64,000 bases of DNA from Tricharina praecox (Eukaryota). The stretch covers positions 434,001 to 498,000 of the forward strand of contig NW_026250428.1 of the NCBI RefSeq assembly GCF_024521635.1, given 5' to 3'. Position numbers and translations under genes: made by a program. The notes below the pieces were generated by a model. It saw only the letters and a list, made by a program, of their open reading frames with translations. It was not told where the DNA came from and ran no database searches. Shown here one piece after another: positions 1 to 13,663 of the stretch (position 1 is the first letter of the stretch; each line of letters starts with the position of its first letter).

Positions 1-2099
1 ATGGAATGGCTGGTAATTGCAATCGCAGATCCTTCCAGCGGGTAAGAACTCGATGCTCTTTATGGTGGTGAATCGTCCATCCGGACGTTAATCCAATCCT
101 CATCCGATGGAGGGTGCGGTAGTGGTGTATCTTTTCTCCTCGATTCGAATTGAGGAGCCGCGTCAAAGTTTCTAGTCTCGGAGCGCGTTGGTTGGAGAGT
201 CATCGTCTTCCCTTCCCTCCTATGGCAGTATGTTAAAAAATAGACGTCCGGAGATGGAGCGGCGAGATGTCGGACGCCCGCCATTACAAAGGAGTGGAAT
301 GACACCGTCGCTGGCAAATAGCGAGAGACTGGGTACCTGATAGTATCATTGTTACATATCTCTTCCGGCCAGTACATTCTCTATACACCAGTCTTTGGGG
401 AGGAGTCTCGTGAGAAGTTGTTGCTTCATGACGAGTTTCTTGGCAGCAGTTGTTATTTCATGGCGCGTTTTCTCCTCCCGACTCTCTTTGAGGAGGAGTC
501 TTGTCCGCAGTTGTTGCATCAGGAGTGACAGTATCCACTTTGGTATGGTGGTTACTGTGGAAGTAGCGAGTTTTCTCTTCCCGATTCCATAGAGGAAGTG
601 TCTTTCTCAACAGGTCTATCTTTGATAACAGTCCGAACGTGAGAATCCCGGATACTGCGGATAGACCGAGGGTAAAAGACACATACCGGCTATCCAACCG
701 CGTATATCCCTTGGGAGGGATGTTAAATTAGGTCACGGTGCATGAGCACCTTTGCGATGTCCGGTGCGCTCCCGACGTCCCGCAGTAGGCTATTCTGGAA
801 CTCGGAACACATCGTTGATGTTTGAAGACCCATGACAGTTGTTGGACGAGGTCTGCGAAGTCTCAGAGGTCTCGGTATGAATAGCATACTTCGCCGGTAG
901 CGGGGTCTCTGTAGGAGCGAGACTCTGTAGGCTCGGCAGCCGAAACCGGCGTCACCGCAATTTCCGCAGTTTTCGTAAGTTCGGTAACCTGCGCGGATTT
1001 CGGGAGACGAAGCGGGAGAGAAAGGGATATAAATTCGGCTGGTAATGTCTGTGACATCGGAGGGGAATTCAGGAGATGACGAAAGCATTAAAAGGAGTGT
1101 TGTTATCCGTTGATAAGAGTGATTGGCTGGGTAGCTTTAAGTTGGTTGGTTGGTTGGTTGGCAGCTTTTTTTGGCTGACGAAGCTACTCTGTATTTATAC
1201 GTCTGGAAAAGTTGTAGAAGAATCCGAATGCCTTGTAAAGCCTTAGCTAATTTCACTTGTATAAGGAAACCGTTGGATGGACCCGCAGAAACAGTCCCAA
1301 TCGATCGAAGGCGCATACTCGATACCCACATGATTCGGCTTCTGAAGCACGCACAGTCCGTCTGACCAGGGCAATCGCCGTTTCCGTCAACTCATTACAT
1401 AGACCCTTCCGGATCTTGAATCTTCTAGGGCCTTCCGGACATCTAACTTTAACGGTGAGCATCCCGAGTGAGACTGCATAAGTACCGTTGGTTCAGCGTG
1501 CATCTTACTAGAGCCATCCATTATGTGTTCCACGTGCAGAGTAGTAATGTCAATCAGTCGGTATAGTATAGTGGTTAGTACGAAGCTTTGTGGGTTCCGC
1601 AAATCAGCTTAGACCCATGTTCGATTCATGGTACCGACAAAAACTTTCAACTTTTTTTTTTGTTTTGGACTCTACATTTTGGTGACTGACGTTCACAACT
1701 TCGGTTGTGCGAACTATCAAGTCAGATGGTAAGAAGATTGAAGTAAAGGTACATTGCATCTAGAAAAGGCAGGCTACAGAAATGATGGTCGAATGCAGAT
1801 GGCCTGTGTATAGTGCAATGGGAGCCTCGAGGAAGCAAGCCTCCCGGAGAACCCAACCGAGCCCGGGGCCAGCATTTCAACGCGGGTGTATCAAATGAAG
1901 TCCAAGTTAGTTAAGCTTTTGATTCAGCGAGAACAGGCAACAGAGGGGTTTACCGAATACAGCAGAGAAATACGCAATTTACATCATTTTCCTCCTCCGT
2001 GCTCATATCATGGTCAGTCACTCGCTGTCAGAGTCATACGTCATCGACGTCACCTCCCATCACTCGGTTTTCTGCATTCGCCGAGATTCCCGAAGATTT

Positions 2100-2424
2100 C
2101 AACAAATGAGAGTGGAGAACGCTGAAGTTGAGGGGACGGGATCACTCCTACTGTTCCTTCCCACACACTCTTTCATAGCGTCTCCTGGTGAAGAGACAGG
2201 AGTGAGGATCGGAAAATGTCCTTTCGTAGTTTTATTTCCTTATTTCGCCCTACCATTTACTGGTATCTTCCGGAATAGCCACTGCGGAGGGCGGGCAAAG
2301 CCCCAACGGGCCGCTTGACTAAAGTTGAGCTGGACAGTGTATAGCCATGGAAACGGAGTGTAGTGTGTGTATATTGACATGATGTAGCTAGGTCGCATGC
2401 AATCAATGATTAAACCAAAAACAA
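2100..2424 (+). mobile_element. Degenerate 3' end of a Tad1-like LINE (copy A)
   Basis: 3' UTR (GCGGAGGGCGGGCAAAGCCCCAACGGGCCGC...ATTGACATGATGTAGCTAGGTCGCATGCAATCAATGATTAAACCAAAAACAA) aligns by eye with the elements at 7974-8445, 38690-38890 and 55883-56280. It is preceded by LLLFLPTHSFIAS, which resembles the ORF2 terminus of such elements. A further short piece (AGGCCAGGGCGGAGGGG) lies at about 2505-2545. Confidence 0.65.
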
Positions 2425-3880
2425 TCCACCCATCACTCGGTTTTTGACATTCGAGGGCATTCTCGAAGAATTCCATCACCAACGATCCCAATTGCATCGC
2501 AAGGACAGGCCAGGGCGGAGGGCCGGAGAAATCATATCGACCACTTGACAAAAGTCGGGTGGTGGGTCATTGTCGGGTTGTCGTTTCTCCCACATGGCAC
2601 TCCATACTGTATATGCTCCACTTCTCGCCGTTACAGCCCCAACCAATCGCTCCCACCGTAACCATGAAGTTTCCCCATCCGGACTGCATTACTGAAGACG
2701 TGCGGTTATAATGCACACCCTGACAACAGTGGTATACATGATGCGCCGGTGTTGCGACGGCGATGCGGTGATGGGAGTGCAATAGCCAGTGAAGGGCAAC
2801 GGTAGAGGGGGGAACTCTGCATACACTATGACACCGGGAAGTATGGAGTATAGAAATGGGCAGGACGGGATTACCAAGGAAGAGGTAGGGTGACGGGATC
2901 GTGGGGAACTAGGACGGTGCCTGCCGAACTCGACCGCGGAACGCCCGTAATCTGAATCATATCAGCCTTATGCTCCTTGAAGCGGATCAGCAGGGAAGCC
3001 TTGCATACACTATCGGACGGCGGGGAATATACATACTATAGACATGGGTAGAATGGAATCTTCAATGAAATAGGTAGGAGGGTGATGGATGAGCGAAGAT
3101 CACCCATAATAAGCGATGCGGAGGTCCTAAAACTCGAATGCTGTGCGGTGGAGGAGGGCTGGTTGGACGGTCCTTGTTTATATATGGGAGGAGTGGAGTA
3201 GATTCTACATAGAATGCTGGGTTCGACCGTCTATTGCTCATGTCGCTTAGAGATACTAGAAAGAGCCTAGCTCCTCCATACCACCGGGGAATCAAACGAG
3301 CCTCTACCGTGCAGAAAACTCCGTAGCCTGACACAGAACAGATTCCGAGCAACACCCACCACACCGAATAGTGACTCAATCGGTCCGCCAAGGCCAGAGG
3401 TTGTAGTGGTCGTGAGATGAAATGTGGATATGAGTCGTCCGTGTGGGAATGCAACACTTGTAAAAGCAATGTATCAACGAGGGGAGATTTCGTGTCGTGT
3501 GTTGGGAGGCATTGTGACCTGAATTCTGAATATGGTACGGCCCTGTGCCCATTGGATCCACCGAGCAACTCTTCAAGGCAAAGGCCACCCGGTTTTGCGA
3601 ACATGGCAGGATAACCGGTTCGATTATACACAGCGGCAGAATGCAGGCCGTTGATGTTGCCTTATCGAGTCTCCTAGGTTCAGGGCAATGATTCTGCCGA
3701 GTTCACTGATATCTTGACAGATCCACCTCCACTCATCACCGTATCTCCCGATCCCACTCCGTCCATAATACATCGCAAAGTCTACCCTCGCGCCGCGCCG
3801 TACCGAAAACACCCACGCAATTCCAGCGTTCCCCGCCGTCTATCATATAATACAACTCCCGACCTGTCTACGCTTCGTGT

Positions 3881-4383
3881 CTATCCGTGTACTGCAACCG
3901 CTTCCTCCCTCCGGCCCTTCACCCACTCCGCCATCGTCCCTTTCTCGGGCGGCAGCATGGCCATAGCAACGACGTACTCGCCGTCGTGGGAAATGCTCAG
4001 GCCGCCCGTGATCCCCTCCCGTGGTAACGTCAGGTACGGCTGTCCTATCGCGCCCGAAATCCGTTAGTACCCGCCCAACCCACGATCCCCGCCCCACTAG
4101 ATGAACACTTACCACTAGCCAGATATCGAACTTCAACCTCCTTCCACTGTAGGCGTCTCCCTACACCGCCGGCCTTGAATGCGGCCTCCTTCGCAGCCCA
4201 CCGAACACCGAGCCATCGCACGACGGAGCTTATGTCCTCGCCGTGCAGCTTTTGTTGGAACGTGGTGAGTTCGCTGGCAGTGAGGATCCGTGAAGCGAAG
4301 CGGTGGAGATATGTGCCGCGCCGGCGGAGGAGCGTAGACAGCCGGGGGAGGTAGAGGAGGTCGACGCCTATGTTTGGGAACAT
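3881..4383 (-). CDS. PPT2: AcpS-type 4'-phosphopantetheinyl transferase (holo-ACP synthase), 144 aa, 2 exons
   Basis: Exons 4383-4113 and 4044-3881; intron GTAAGT...TACTAAC...TAG. The spliced protein carries the AcpS motifs IGVDL, RFASRILT, RWAAKEAAFKA, WKEVEV, GQPYL and LSISHDGEYVVA. Confidence 0.93.
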
Positions 4384-6704
4384 TGCGGATGCGCGGAATT
4401 CCGCCGAAGGTGTGTGTCGCGGTGGAGGGGGCGAGGTGGGGGATAGCTCGAAGCTCGTCTCTGTTTTTTCGGAAGATGTCGCCACGGTTGTAGCCGCCGA
4501 AGTTTTTTCAGCCGCAGGTGATGACGTACCGGATGCCGTGAGCAACCGTTCCGATCAGACCCCCCCACGAATGACCCGACAATCGAGTTCGAAGATCTCA
4601 CGTTGGACAGCTGTCTCGCGCGTCTGCCTCCTGCTCAACTCGAGTGCGACGTCTTTCCATCACTACCATTTGATCCTACAGACACCCTCGGTTCCACTTG
4701 CCGACACTGAGAGCAAAGACCGCCTCAAAAGGACGTGTAAGTAATCCATATTTCCCCGCCGACAGAGCTGGCCCGTACGTTAGCAAGACCCAGAAGTTCC
4801 TCGCGTGGGGGAAAATGCCATCAATGTTGGATCATCGTCGCCCTCATCTTATCCATCATCCCTGCGGCGAAAGAAAAGTCTGGCCGATGGGCGGGTAAAA
4901 TCCCTTGGCGCGAATATATAATGCGCCTCCGCTTCCTCCGTCCTTATTAAACCTTCATCACCCACCATCTAACCTCACGCCGTCTCCGACCGCAGGCAAC
5001 CACAACCAACCCGCGGTTAACCCATGATCAACCCGTCCCTTCCTCCGGCCGCGAGCCAACCTCCGGCTGTCAGCCAGCTACCGACCGTTAGCAAACCACC
5101 GGTTCTCAGCCAACCACCGGCCCTCAACCAACCGCCGACCCTCAGTCAACAACCGCTCCGCCCAACTTCTTCACCCCAGCCAAACTCAGCTCCACCCCTC
5201 CTCCATCTCCTCCTTCGCCTTCCCCCTCTCCTCCCTCTCGTACCATCGACCTGCATTTAACTCTGCTACCCGCAAACTCATCCGCCCTTTCCGCCCGCAA
5301 GCTCATCCGCCACTGCGGAACAGTGGCACAAAGACGTCCCCGGGAACGATTCGCTCGGACCCATGCCTTGATAGACACCCAGTTACCGCCCAATCCATAA
5401 AATGGTGTTGCAGGTGCAGACTCGGATTAATGTCTAGATGGGTCCGAGTGAACCGATCCCGCTGTGGAGGTGGTTTCGTGTCTACTGTGATTTATGTGCC
5501 TAATTGGAAACCTCATTCATTCATTGCCGCCTGCTTTCCTGAAGGGTGTGTTTGCATTGATCGCTGCTTTTCGCAGCGATGAGGAATAGCGATTTTACCT
5601 GGAATGTGTCCCACTTGCATAGTTCCGCACCTGATCCAATTCCATGGAGGTAGCGGTGGATTTAAGGGCTTCCACATTTGTGTTTTTCTGGGGGCTTTTG
5701 ATCTGATTTCGCAGAGGAGGAGTTGGCGAGACGGGGATATGGGGGCTTATGAAATGCGGTTCCTTTTGTTCTCAATTACTTGAACCGAGGCCAATTGGGC
5801 ACAAAGCAATTCTCTATACTCGCGGTCCCATGTGAAGTTTGAGGGGTTACTCCCTGAATCCCGCAACCGAACTTGAAGTGAGGTTTCTGCGCGCCCAGAT
5901 GATCGCTGGCAGGCATTCGTGTTGCAGAAACGCGAAGGACTCGGGTTTCATTTATTTCACCGTGTACAGGGACCAAGGCGTGGTTATTCGTCGTTTCTTA
6001 ACGAGAGCCTCCCCAGTAAGTTCATGAAGTTGTCTCGTCAAAACTGCACCCAGACCACAGCCCTGCAGGCTGCTATACCCCAGATCTCCAATTCCACCGT
6101 ACAGCCTCCACCTCCTGACCCCGCCATTTCCCAGCCACGAACGCGCTGGCAAGCCGCAACCCATGAAACAAGCAGCTCCTGGGGATAGACGGTGCGGACG
6201 GCGAAGAGACGCGTCGGCGATCGTGCGCCTGCTGTTTCCCTCCGCGATGCGCCGGTCTGTGCATTCGTCAGTGCGGGTCGGTTCGAGCGCGGGCGGAGGT
6301 GTCGTCACTTCATGGGAACGCGAGCGCGGGCGCGGGCGATGATATGTACTCTACTGTAATAGAGTACTTACCTACTACGTCGGGATGGCCGCCTTCCCAC
6401 TCCGCAAGTGGTCGGTGGTTACTCTCTGTGCATATACATCCTCCCCTCCGCGCCTAAATCATCCGAACATACTCGATCCCCCATTACCCCACTACTCCAC
6501 TGCCCCGCTACCTCACTTCGCCGCTATCCAACCATCCAACCACCTCACTGTCCAACGACAAGTCTTCTATACCTATAAAGGGCAGCGGTGTGGCGTTTCC
6601 CGGTGGCGTTTTCCGTGGCTCAACCCTAAGTTTCCGACCGTCGGATTTAAATACGCCCTGACCGCAACGTACATACTTATGACTTTACATTAGGTGGCGC
6701 TGCC

Positions 6705-7575
6705 CTAAATACCACACACCGTGTGGTCGCCACACAGGTGTTTACTAGTCCGCTTCTTATCAGAATTCAAAGCACCCATGTAGTAATACTCGAGTTTTTC
6801 CGGGCACGCGATCGGACGCTTGCGCAAGTCGTAGCGGCCTCGGCCCGGGTCTGCGGGTGCTGCCGGTGTTGCGGGTGCTGCCGGTGCTGCCGGTGCTCGC
6901 GCATGGCGAATAGTAGTCATCTTCGGGGGGGTATATAGCTTGGGAGTATCCTCCTCTGATAGCTCTGATGCCTCCTCCTCGTCTGATGCCTCCTCCTCGT
7001 CTGATGCCTCCTCCTCGTCTGATGCCTTCTTCTCGTCTGATGCCTCCTCGTCTGATCCCTTCTCAGAGTTTGATGCCTTGTCCTCGTCTGATGCCTTCTC
7101 CTCGTCTGGTGCCTTGTCCTCGTCTGAGGCCTTATCTTCGTCTGATGCATCCTCAGGGTATGATGGGATCTCAGGATATGATACCTCCTCGGGGTCTGAT
7201 GTCTCCTCAGGGTATGATGTCTCCTCAGGGTCTGATACCTCCTCCGAATATGATGCCTTCACCTCGTCTGAGGCCTCCTCTTCTGATCCCTTCCCCGAGT
7301 CTGATCCCTTCTCAGAGTCTGATCCCTTCTCAGGGTATGATGGGATCTTAGGGTATGATACCTCCTCAGGGTCTGATGCCTCCTCCTCATATGATGCAAT
7401 CTGCCAGTTTGAGGCACCCTCCGAGTCTGGCGTCTCATTGGGTGTCTCTGCAGCATCCATCCCGACGATCTCCACTTCAGGAGCCGTTTCGGCCGGCTGT
7501 TGGCGTGTCTTTTTTAACTAGAACTGGAATGTCCGGTTCGGCCGGCTCTCCGCGTTTCTTTACACCTGGGGCCAT
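6705..7575 (-). CDS. Acidic low-complexity hypothetical protein with one apparent frameshift
   Basis: ATG at 7575 reads MAPGVKKRGEPAEPDIPVLVKK. Removing one A from the A6 run (7510-7515) joins it to TRQQPAETAPEVEIVG and the 256-aa ORF. The long ORF has (EEEASD)n 6-aa repeats and a basic tail, GRYDLRKRP. Confidence 0.6.
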
Positions 7576-7973
7576 TATATCTGTTGCCGACTGGCAATTA
7601 GCGGGATTCGCGTAGAATCGAAGGGGGTGATACACTTACAAGTTTCCTCCACTGTTTTTTGCAGATACAGGTTCTGCGGCAATTTTCGCGAAAATAATAA
7701 TAGGCATGGCGAGAGGAAAGTAATGCATAATTGCGCCTGGCGCGGCTTCTAATACAAAGGGCAAAGGCTTACAGGTTGAACGGCAGTGTGTCAGTAGGGC
7801 AAAGTGCGATGGCATGGTCATTATGAGACACTGAGGCTTCGAGTTGGAGTAACGATCGTGTCCAACCAGTTACCACCGTGAAATCGCCAAACTACTAGAC
7901 AGCATTATTCACCACATACATAGTCTCGGAGCCCGAAAGGACCTGTGGTCTGCACAACAGCGGGCTTTCAGCC

Positions 7974-8445
7974 TTTTTTTTTTTTTTTTTAGTTCAATCA
8001 GTAATTGCATGCGACCTATCTAGATCATGGCAATGTCACCGCGTTCGCCCCCCCTGTCCACGCCACTGTCCAACCCAGCTTTCACTGAGCGGCCCGATGT
8101 GGCTTTCCCTGCCCTCCGCCCTGGCCTTTCCCGAAAGTATATCGCCCCACGCCCGCACTCGTCCCCGCACCCACACTCGCCCCCGCGCCCTTCAGTCTTT
8201 CCAACGCCGCCGCACGTCTCCGGTCCACTATTCTACATCGCCTAGCTCCTTAAATTCCGAGCCCTCCTCCGCCGCTTCCTCGAGTCGCCTCAGCTCCGCT
8301 CTCTCTTCCCGCTCCCTCAGCTCCCATTCTAACACCTCGCCTGCTACATCTTCCTCATCGCCCTCTGGGAACCGCCTGCCCACAGCTGTGGAGGAAAGAA
8401 AGTCAAGGATGGCTTGGCTGCACCGCTCGTCTGCAAAGATCAGTC
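7974..8445 (-). mobile_element. 5'-truncated Tad1-like LINE 3' end with poly(A) tail (copy B)
   Basis: Translation IFADERCSQAILDFLSSTAVGRR...EWELREREER resembles fungal non-LTR ORF2 C-termini. It is followed by the shared 3' UTR and an A17 tail (T17 at 7974-7990 on +). A possible degenerate target-site duplication (tcagccttt / tcagtcttt) is only tentative. Confidence 0.85.
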
Positions 8446-9176
8446 TTTGTCCGATCGGTGCAGTATGTGTGGTTGTGCTTGCGGCACGGCCAGCTGCGCG
8501 AAATACGAAGACGAGTGATACATAATGACCGACATGACGCATTTGTTTCCTGGGGGCGAACGTGCATGTTTACCAGGAAAGTACCCATTGGTATATTTAT
8601 CTACAGCTCAAGATACCAGATCCCAACATCTACAACGCATCGAAAAGAAGCGAAGTTTAGTGGATATCACTCCAGAGGAAAAGGAGAAGAAGAGATGAAG
8701 AGCTAGAACGAGAGATGCATTCGATGGGGCCCGGAAATAGCCGCTACGTCAATTCAAGATTGAACTGCTTGGAGAATGGAACGGGTTTGAAAATGAGCTG
8801 TGCCGTGTGAAGTCTGTTACGAATGTTGTTCCGAAGGACCGTCTGCTGGGGTATAAACTTCGGAAGCTGTAGACTCCGGGGGAACTTTCACATGGTATGA
8901 CGGTTGAAGGCCATAGGAATGAGTGGAGCCTCAATTCGTGTTTGATGTGAGTAGGGTACTACGGTCGGACTTCAATGGTGGTGTTGGGTGGGATGAAGTT
9001 TGGAGACCGATTATGTGTTTGCTTGTTGATCTTGAAGAGAAGTCGTGCTCGGATTTGGGGGTTCACATTGGGCTCACTCGGTCACTTATGATAAGGCATA
9101 GATACAGCACGATGAGCTACGCACGCGGAGCATCAAGACAAACGTAGGGGCAAAAAAAAGGTATATTCTAATAGGA

Positions 9177-9667
9177 TCACAAGTAGAGGCTCCGCAACAC
9201 CAGCTCGGGATCCTGCGCCATCTCGCTCTCGGGCATGTTGCAGATGCGTCCGAGGAAGAGATCCACCTACTTGTTCTTGAGCTGGAGGTCTTGCTCGAGC
9301 TCTCGCTTCTTCTCCTTGAGCTAATGGGTGACACATCAGTATCTGTCCGATTCAACCGCTGTCTCGAACTATATCCCGCACCTTCTTTATCTTCTCATTT
9401 CCGGCGGCCTTCTTGGCTTTCTTGGCCTTCTTGTCCTTCTCCTTCTCCCCTCACGTCTCGGAGATTGGGGGGTTCGTGGAGGGTAGTGACCCAATCCACT
9501 AGCTCCGCGGTATGGCGTTCCTATGCATAATGCGCATCGATATCAGTTTGGTTCGTCGTCGGACCAGATGGGAAACGACTTACCTGGATGGTATCCCCCC
9601 GCTCCCGATTGAATTTCTGCACGTTTTCGGCAGTGAGCTTGAAGTAAATCAACTCTTGAGACGACAT
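9177..9667 (-). pseudogene. Three-exon coiled-coil-like hypothetical gene, disrupted
   Basis: MSSQELIYFKLTAENVQKFNRERGDTIQ, then intron 9583-9521 (GTAAGT..CTGAT..TAG), then ERHTAELVDWVTTLHEPP. A frameshift near 9450 leads to EKEKDKKAKKAKKAAGNEKIKK, then intron 9381-9321, then LKEKKRELEQDLQLKNK*VDLFLGRICNMPESEMAQDPELVLRSLYL* with an in-frame TAG at 9267-9269. Confidence 0.65.
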
Positions 9668-12600
9668 TGTCGATGGTTGGTTGGGAAAGTGTGTGCTTTA
9701 AGGTGTGAGGTGTGAGGTTTGAGGTGTGAGATATTTGGCGATCAAGAGGGTTTAGGCGAGGTGATGAAGGTCTGTGAAGGTTGTTGAGGGTAGGAGAGAA
9801 GAGGTGGGAGAGGAGTTGGCGAAGATTGTTGAAGATATGAGAAAACAAGGAATGAGGGTGAATGGGGACTACCTTCAGTCTTCTCACGAAGTTGCGAGCT
9901 CTAATTACCTAGTCTAGCATTGTCATTGACGCTTGCGTTTCCTCACCAAAACACACCACATGGCGGCCGATGGATGGGCAGAAATACATCTCGATCTCAG
10001 CGACGGGCGATTGATAGACTGTGATCGGAGAAGCCGGAGGATGTCTTCTAGCATGTCATTCAGGTGCGTGAAATGGCCGTTTCAGTTTTCCACCTTTCCT
10101 TTGGCTCCAAGACTCCAAGAGAACTCATGTTATGAGACGGTCTTCCGAGAATCGCCGGTGGTAGTATGACGCGTACGGAATGCCTGGTTCGCCGTGCATA
10201 TATGGATAATCGACGTATCCCCCCGCTCATCCGCATCTTCCCAGATCTCGTCATAATGCTTCATCGTAAGCTGGAATAAATGTTACTAAATGGGACAGCA
10301 AACCTTCAAACATTCACCTGGAGCGTGTCCATCTGAGCTTGGATTTGGGAGGAACGTTTGACAATAGGAGAGGTATCTTCATTTCCGGAATTCACTGCTC
10401 GCTAATCAATCATTGAGTTTCCTAGTATCACACCTAGCATGCGCATACAAGATGCTGATAATTTCATGTCTCGAGAGCATGTCTTGGATCAGTTGAAAAC
10501 CGACCCAACACCCGAACAGTGATATCCATGAAGAACTCATGTGCCATCACTCGCTCAACTCAGTCTCTTGGTTGTGCCCACAAACGGAATACCAATTATA
10601 AGCCTCAAGGACCTTTCACGAACTGCACAAGGTGCAGATTTGAAGCAGTATATCGTGTGGATGAAGATTAGAAGGACGAAGTAGCGAAAAGGACGGGTGT
10701 AGACAGTGGTTGGTGGTCAGCCCCTGCGCCCGGCTCGAACTATGTACCTTGAAACGTGGTGCTTTCGGATATCTCATAGATAGCAGGCGAAATCGAAGGA
10801 ATTGAGCATTCCGGTGCGGAAGCGGAGTAAGCTCGATGCTGCGAAGCGGCCGAATCCCGCGTGGCGGTAGTTTCCCGCGTAGAAGCAGAATCCCGCGTGG
10901 CATCATGGGATCGCACTCACGAAAGTCTCGTACCGTCCGATTTCTGCTCGGGAGTCGGCATGCTAGGATATGAATAGATGGTAAGTGACAGGTCACATAT
11001 TATGCTTGAATCTCGATGCTGCGAGGCGACAGAAACCCTCGTGGCGACAGAAACCCGCTGAACGGCAGAAACCCGCGTATGAGCTGCAACCCGCTCAGAA
11101 TCACAGTATCGCACTCGCGAAAGCCTCATTCCGTCCCATTTCTTTTCGGCATACCTACAGGCTACAGCAGTACTGCCCTTAGTTTAGCATTAATCACTGG
11201 GCAGAAAATGCTTTACTGAATGTCAAGGCGGAAAATGACGGACCGGTGAAGCCAACCCCACTGCCCAGTGCCCAGTGGCTTTCGGCGGCGGTGGTAGTGC
11301 AAAGTGTACTTATCACATATATTTCGTTGGTTCGCTGCATATTCACCTCGGCGTCGCGGCGTCGCGGAGTATGTATGCACAAACGCAGAACGCCTCCCAA
11401 CTGCTTCACTTGCCTCTTGCCTCCCTTCCACGGACATTCGGACACTCGGACAAACATTTGTGACGAGAGACGGTGCAATGCACGTCGGCGGCATATAGGC
11501 AGTCCAAGATTCGGAGGTGCAAATACTACAATGCTTGGTCAGCTCGCCGGCTGCAGATATCACAATCGCTTTGCTGGCTGGCTGCAATGCTAGAGTAAGG
11601 TGCCGAATTGATTATTGCACACGAGTAATACTTGGTTGTCGACTCGTCACTTTTAAGTTTTGGCTGTCGAGTAAGAGGATGTCTGCGGCGATGATTCCCG
11701 GCGAGGGTGAGTGTGTGTGTGTTCCATTCGGACTTCAGTCTTTCACGACTATACGCCGGTTCACCTGGCGAAGTTCATCGGGTGGGTGAGTTCTGATATG
11801 TACAATATGTATTCGGATATTCCTCTGTGGCTAACTACACCGTATCCAGATGGAAAGAGGCAGCGCCGACAGCCATGCACATAGGTAGGTACCTAGAGCC
11901 GTATCATAAATATCCGCAGAACGTCGTTCACATATTATCAGCATCCGCGGAAGGCTAACTACCTATCCACATACATACATCCATAGCATCATGAATATCG
12001 GCGATCGCCGCTAACCATCCCCTCCCTCCCGCCCTCCCAGTCCCCCCCAGTCCCTCCCAGTCCCTCCCCAATTCCTCGCCGGCATACCCTTTCCTCGCAA
12101 CTGGATCCGAAGACACCTCCGAGCCTCTATTGTGCGTCGCGCCCCGTCGCTGGTTGTTGCACTTTGACGTGCACTTCCTCAGCAGCAGCTGCTGCTCCAT
12201 AGGCCACACGGCGCATGCCACATCAGAGCGCCGATAACTAATGGCTGCGTGCAACGCTGACCGCCGAGCTCTTCGAGGCGCACTGGGCAGTGGGGCAGAT
12301 GCGACATGTCAGAAAGATGTATGTAACATAGCCCGGCCAAGAGGTGCTGCAGGCAGAAAGACATGCGCCGGACCGGTCGCCGGTCGGTAAGATGCGGCGA
12401 TTCGCGACTGCTTGGCGCTGCTGGATGCTGGATGCTGGATCTTTGGAAGCTGGAAGTGCGGGCTTGGTCGGATAGCGGCTGGCCGCTGAACGAGAGGAGA
12501 ATACCGCGTGCGAGATGGTGCAGAAATTATGGGGACGTGGGCTGCTGCAATGCTGATGGAGTACGGGACCAGTATCTTCACTCTGCTGGATTATCTCTTC

Positions 12601-13425
12601 GTTCTGGAACGATGTGTACCGCCAAAGCCCCGGGGAACAGAACAGTAAGCCCGCCCTTTGCTCGAAACTACTCGTGTGGCTAGGTACCTGGCGGAAGGTT
12701 CTGTACTTCATAGTACACACCTAGATGCCCACGGGCAGCCACTTTCGCGGCTGAAGAACGGTAGTCACTGGTGGTAGAATCTATCCGCAGCTAACCGTAG
12801 CGTGGCGTTTTCCTTCCGACCACGGCTTCGGAGGATAGATATCGAGTTACCCCAGTAGAAAATGGAGAAAAAGCAATCTGAACCACCCCGCCGAGCTGGG
12901 AGCGAATACCCCGACCGCTCGCTTCCGACGAGCCACTCACTATCGCAGCGCAGCAGCATAGGTACAGTACCAGGAGCTGCCAATAAGTGGTGCCTCACCA
13001 CCATTACGAATTACAAGGAAAAACGCTAAGCTGTATGGGGTAAAAACTGGTGAGGCAGCACTTACCCTTACACCCGAGTACATAATCATTGCTGCTGCAA
13101 TCTTGAGTGTCCGCCTATTATCTAAGGCTGCAAATCCGTCCAGCCCAGCCAACGGTTTCCCGCACGCCCACGCCTTCGAATCACATCGCGGGTGTGTGCA
13201 CACCGCAAAGTCTCCGGCGAGTAGGTATGACAGCATAGTACATTACTGCTGTCCTACCTCGCTAAACAGAGTACAGTACAACACCCATCGCGCGCGTGAG
13301 AGAGAGATAGAGAGAGAGACCCCGAGTCGAGTCCCCGACCCAGTGCAAGAAGCAAAAAGAATGCAGGTACAAGACCGACCCCAAGTGAACCCCGAAGACT
13401 GAAAAAACACCAACCCGGTCGATTC

Positions 13426-13663
13426 CTAGACCCTCCGCCACCAGAAACTCGGCGTGAAAAGACCTTCGAAGAAGCTGCCGTCGTCGTCGTGCTCGTCGAG
13501 CGCTTCGGTGGTTTCTGTTAGGATTCCCCATCAGCACTCGTGGGCGCAACAGGAAGGCTGCACAAGACTTACCAGTCCGACGGACGAAGGGATGGCGGCC
13601 GCATTGGTGGCAGTAGCGGTAGTGGTCGGCGATGAGGGCCTCGCATTTGGGACACTTCCACAT
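13426..13663 (-). CDS. 59-aa zinc-ribbon microprotein, 2 exons
   Basis: Exons 13663-13573 and 13514-13426; intron GTAAGT...CTAAC.AG. Protein MWKCPKCEALIADHYRYCHQCGRHPFVRRTETTEALDEHDDDGSFFEGLFTPSFWWRRV has WxCx2Cx10Cx2C. A TATA-like TATATAAG lies about 210 bp upstream. Confidence 0.75.

Noticed and set aside
60..1600. Fragmented minus-strand ORFs at the window start
   Set aside because: Possibly a decayed gene, but no recognisable motif or consistent splice model.
5024..5260. ORF with SQPPAV 6-aa repeats downstream of a TATA-like box
   Set aside because: Low complexity only; not enough support for a gene call.
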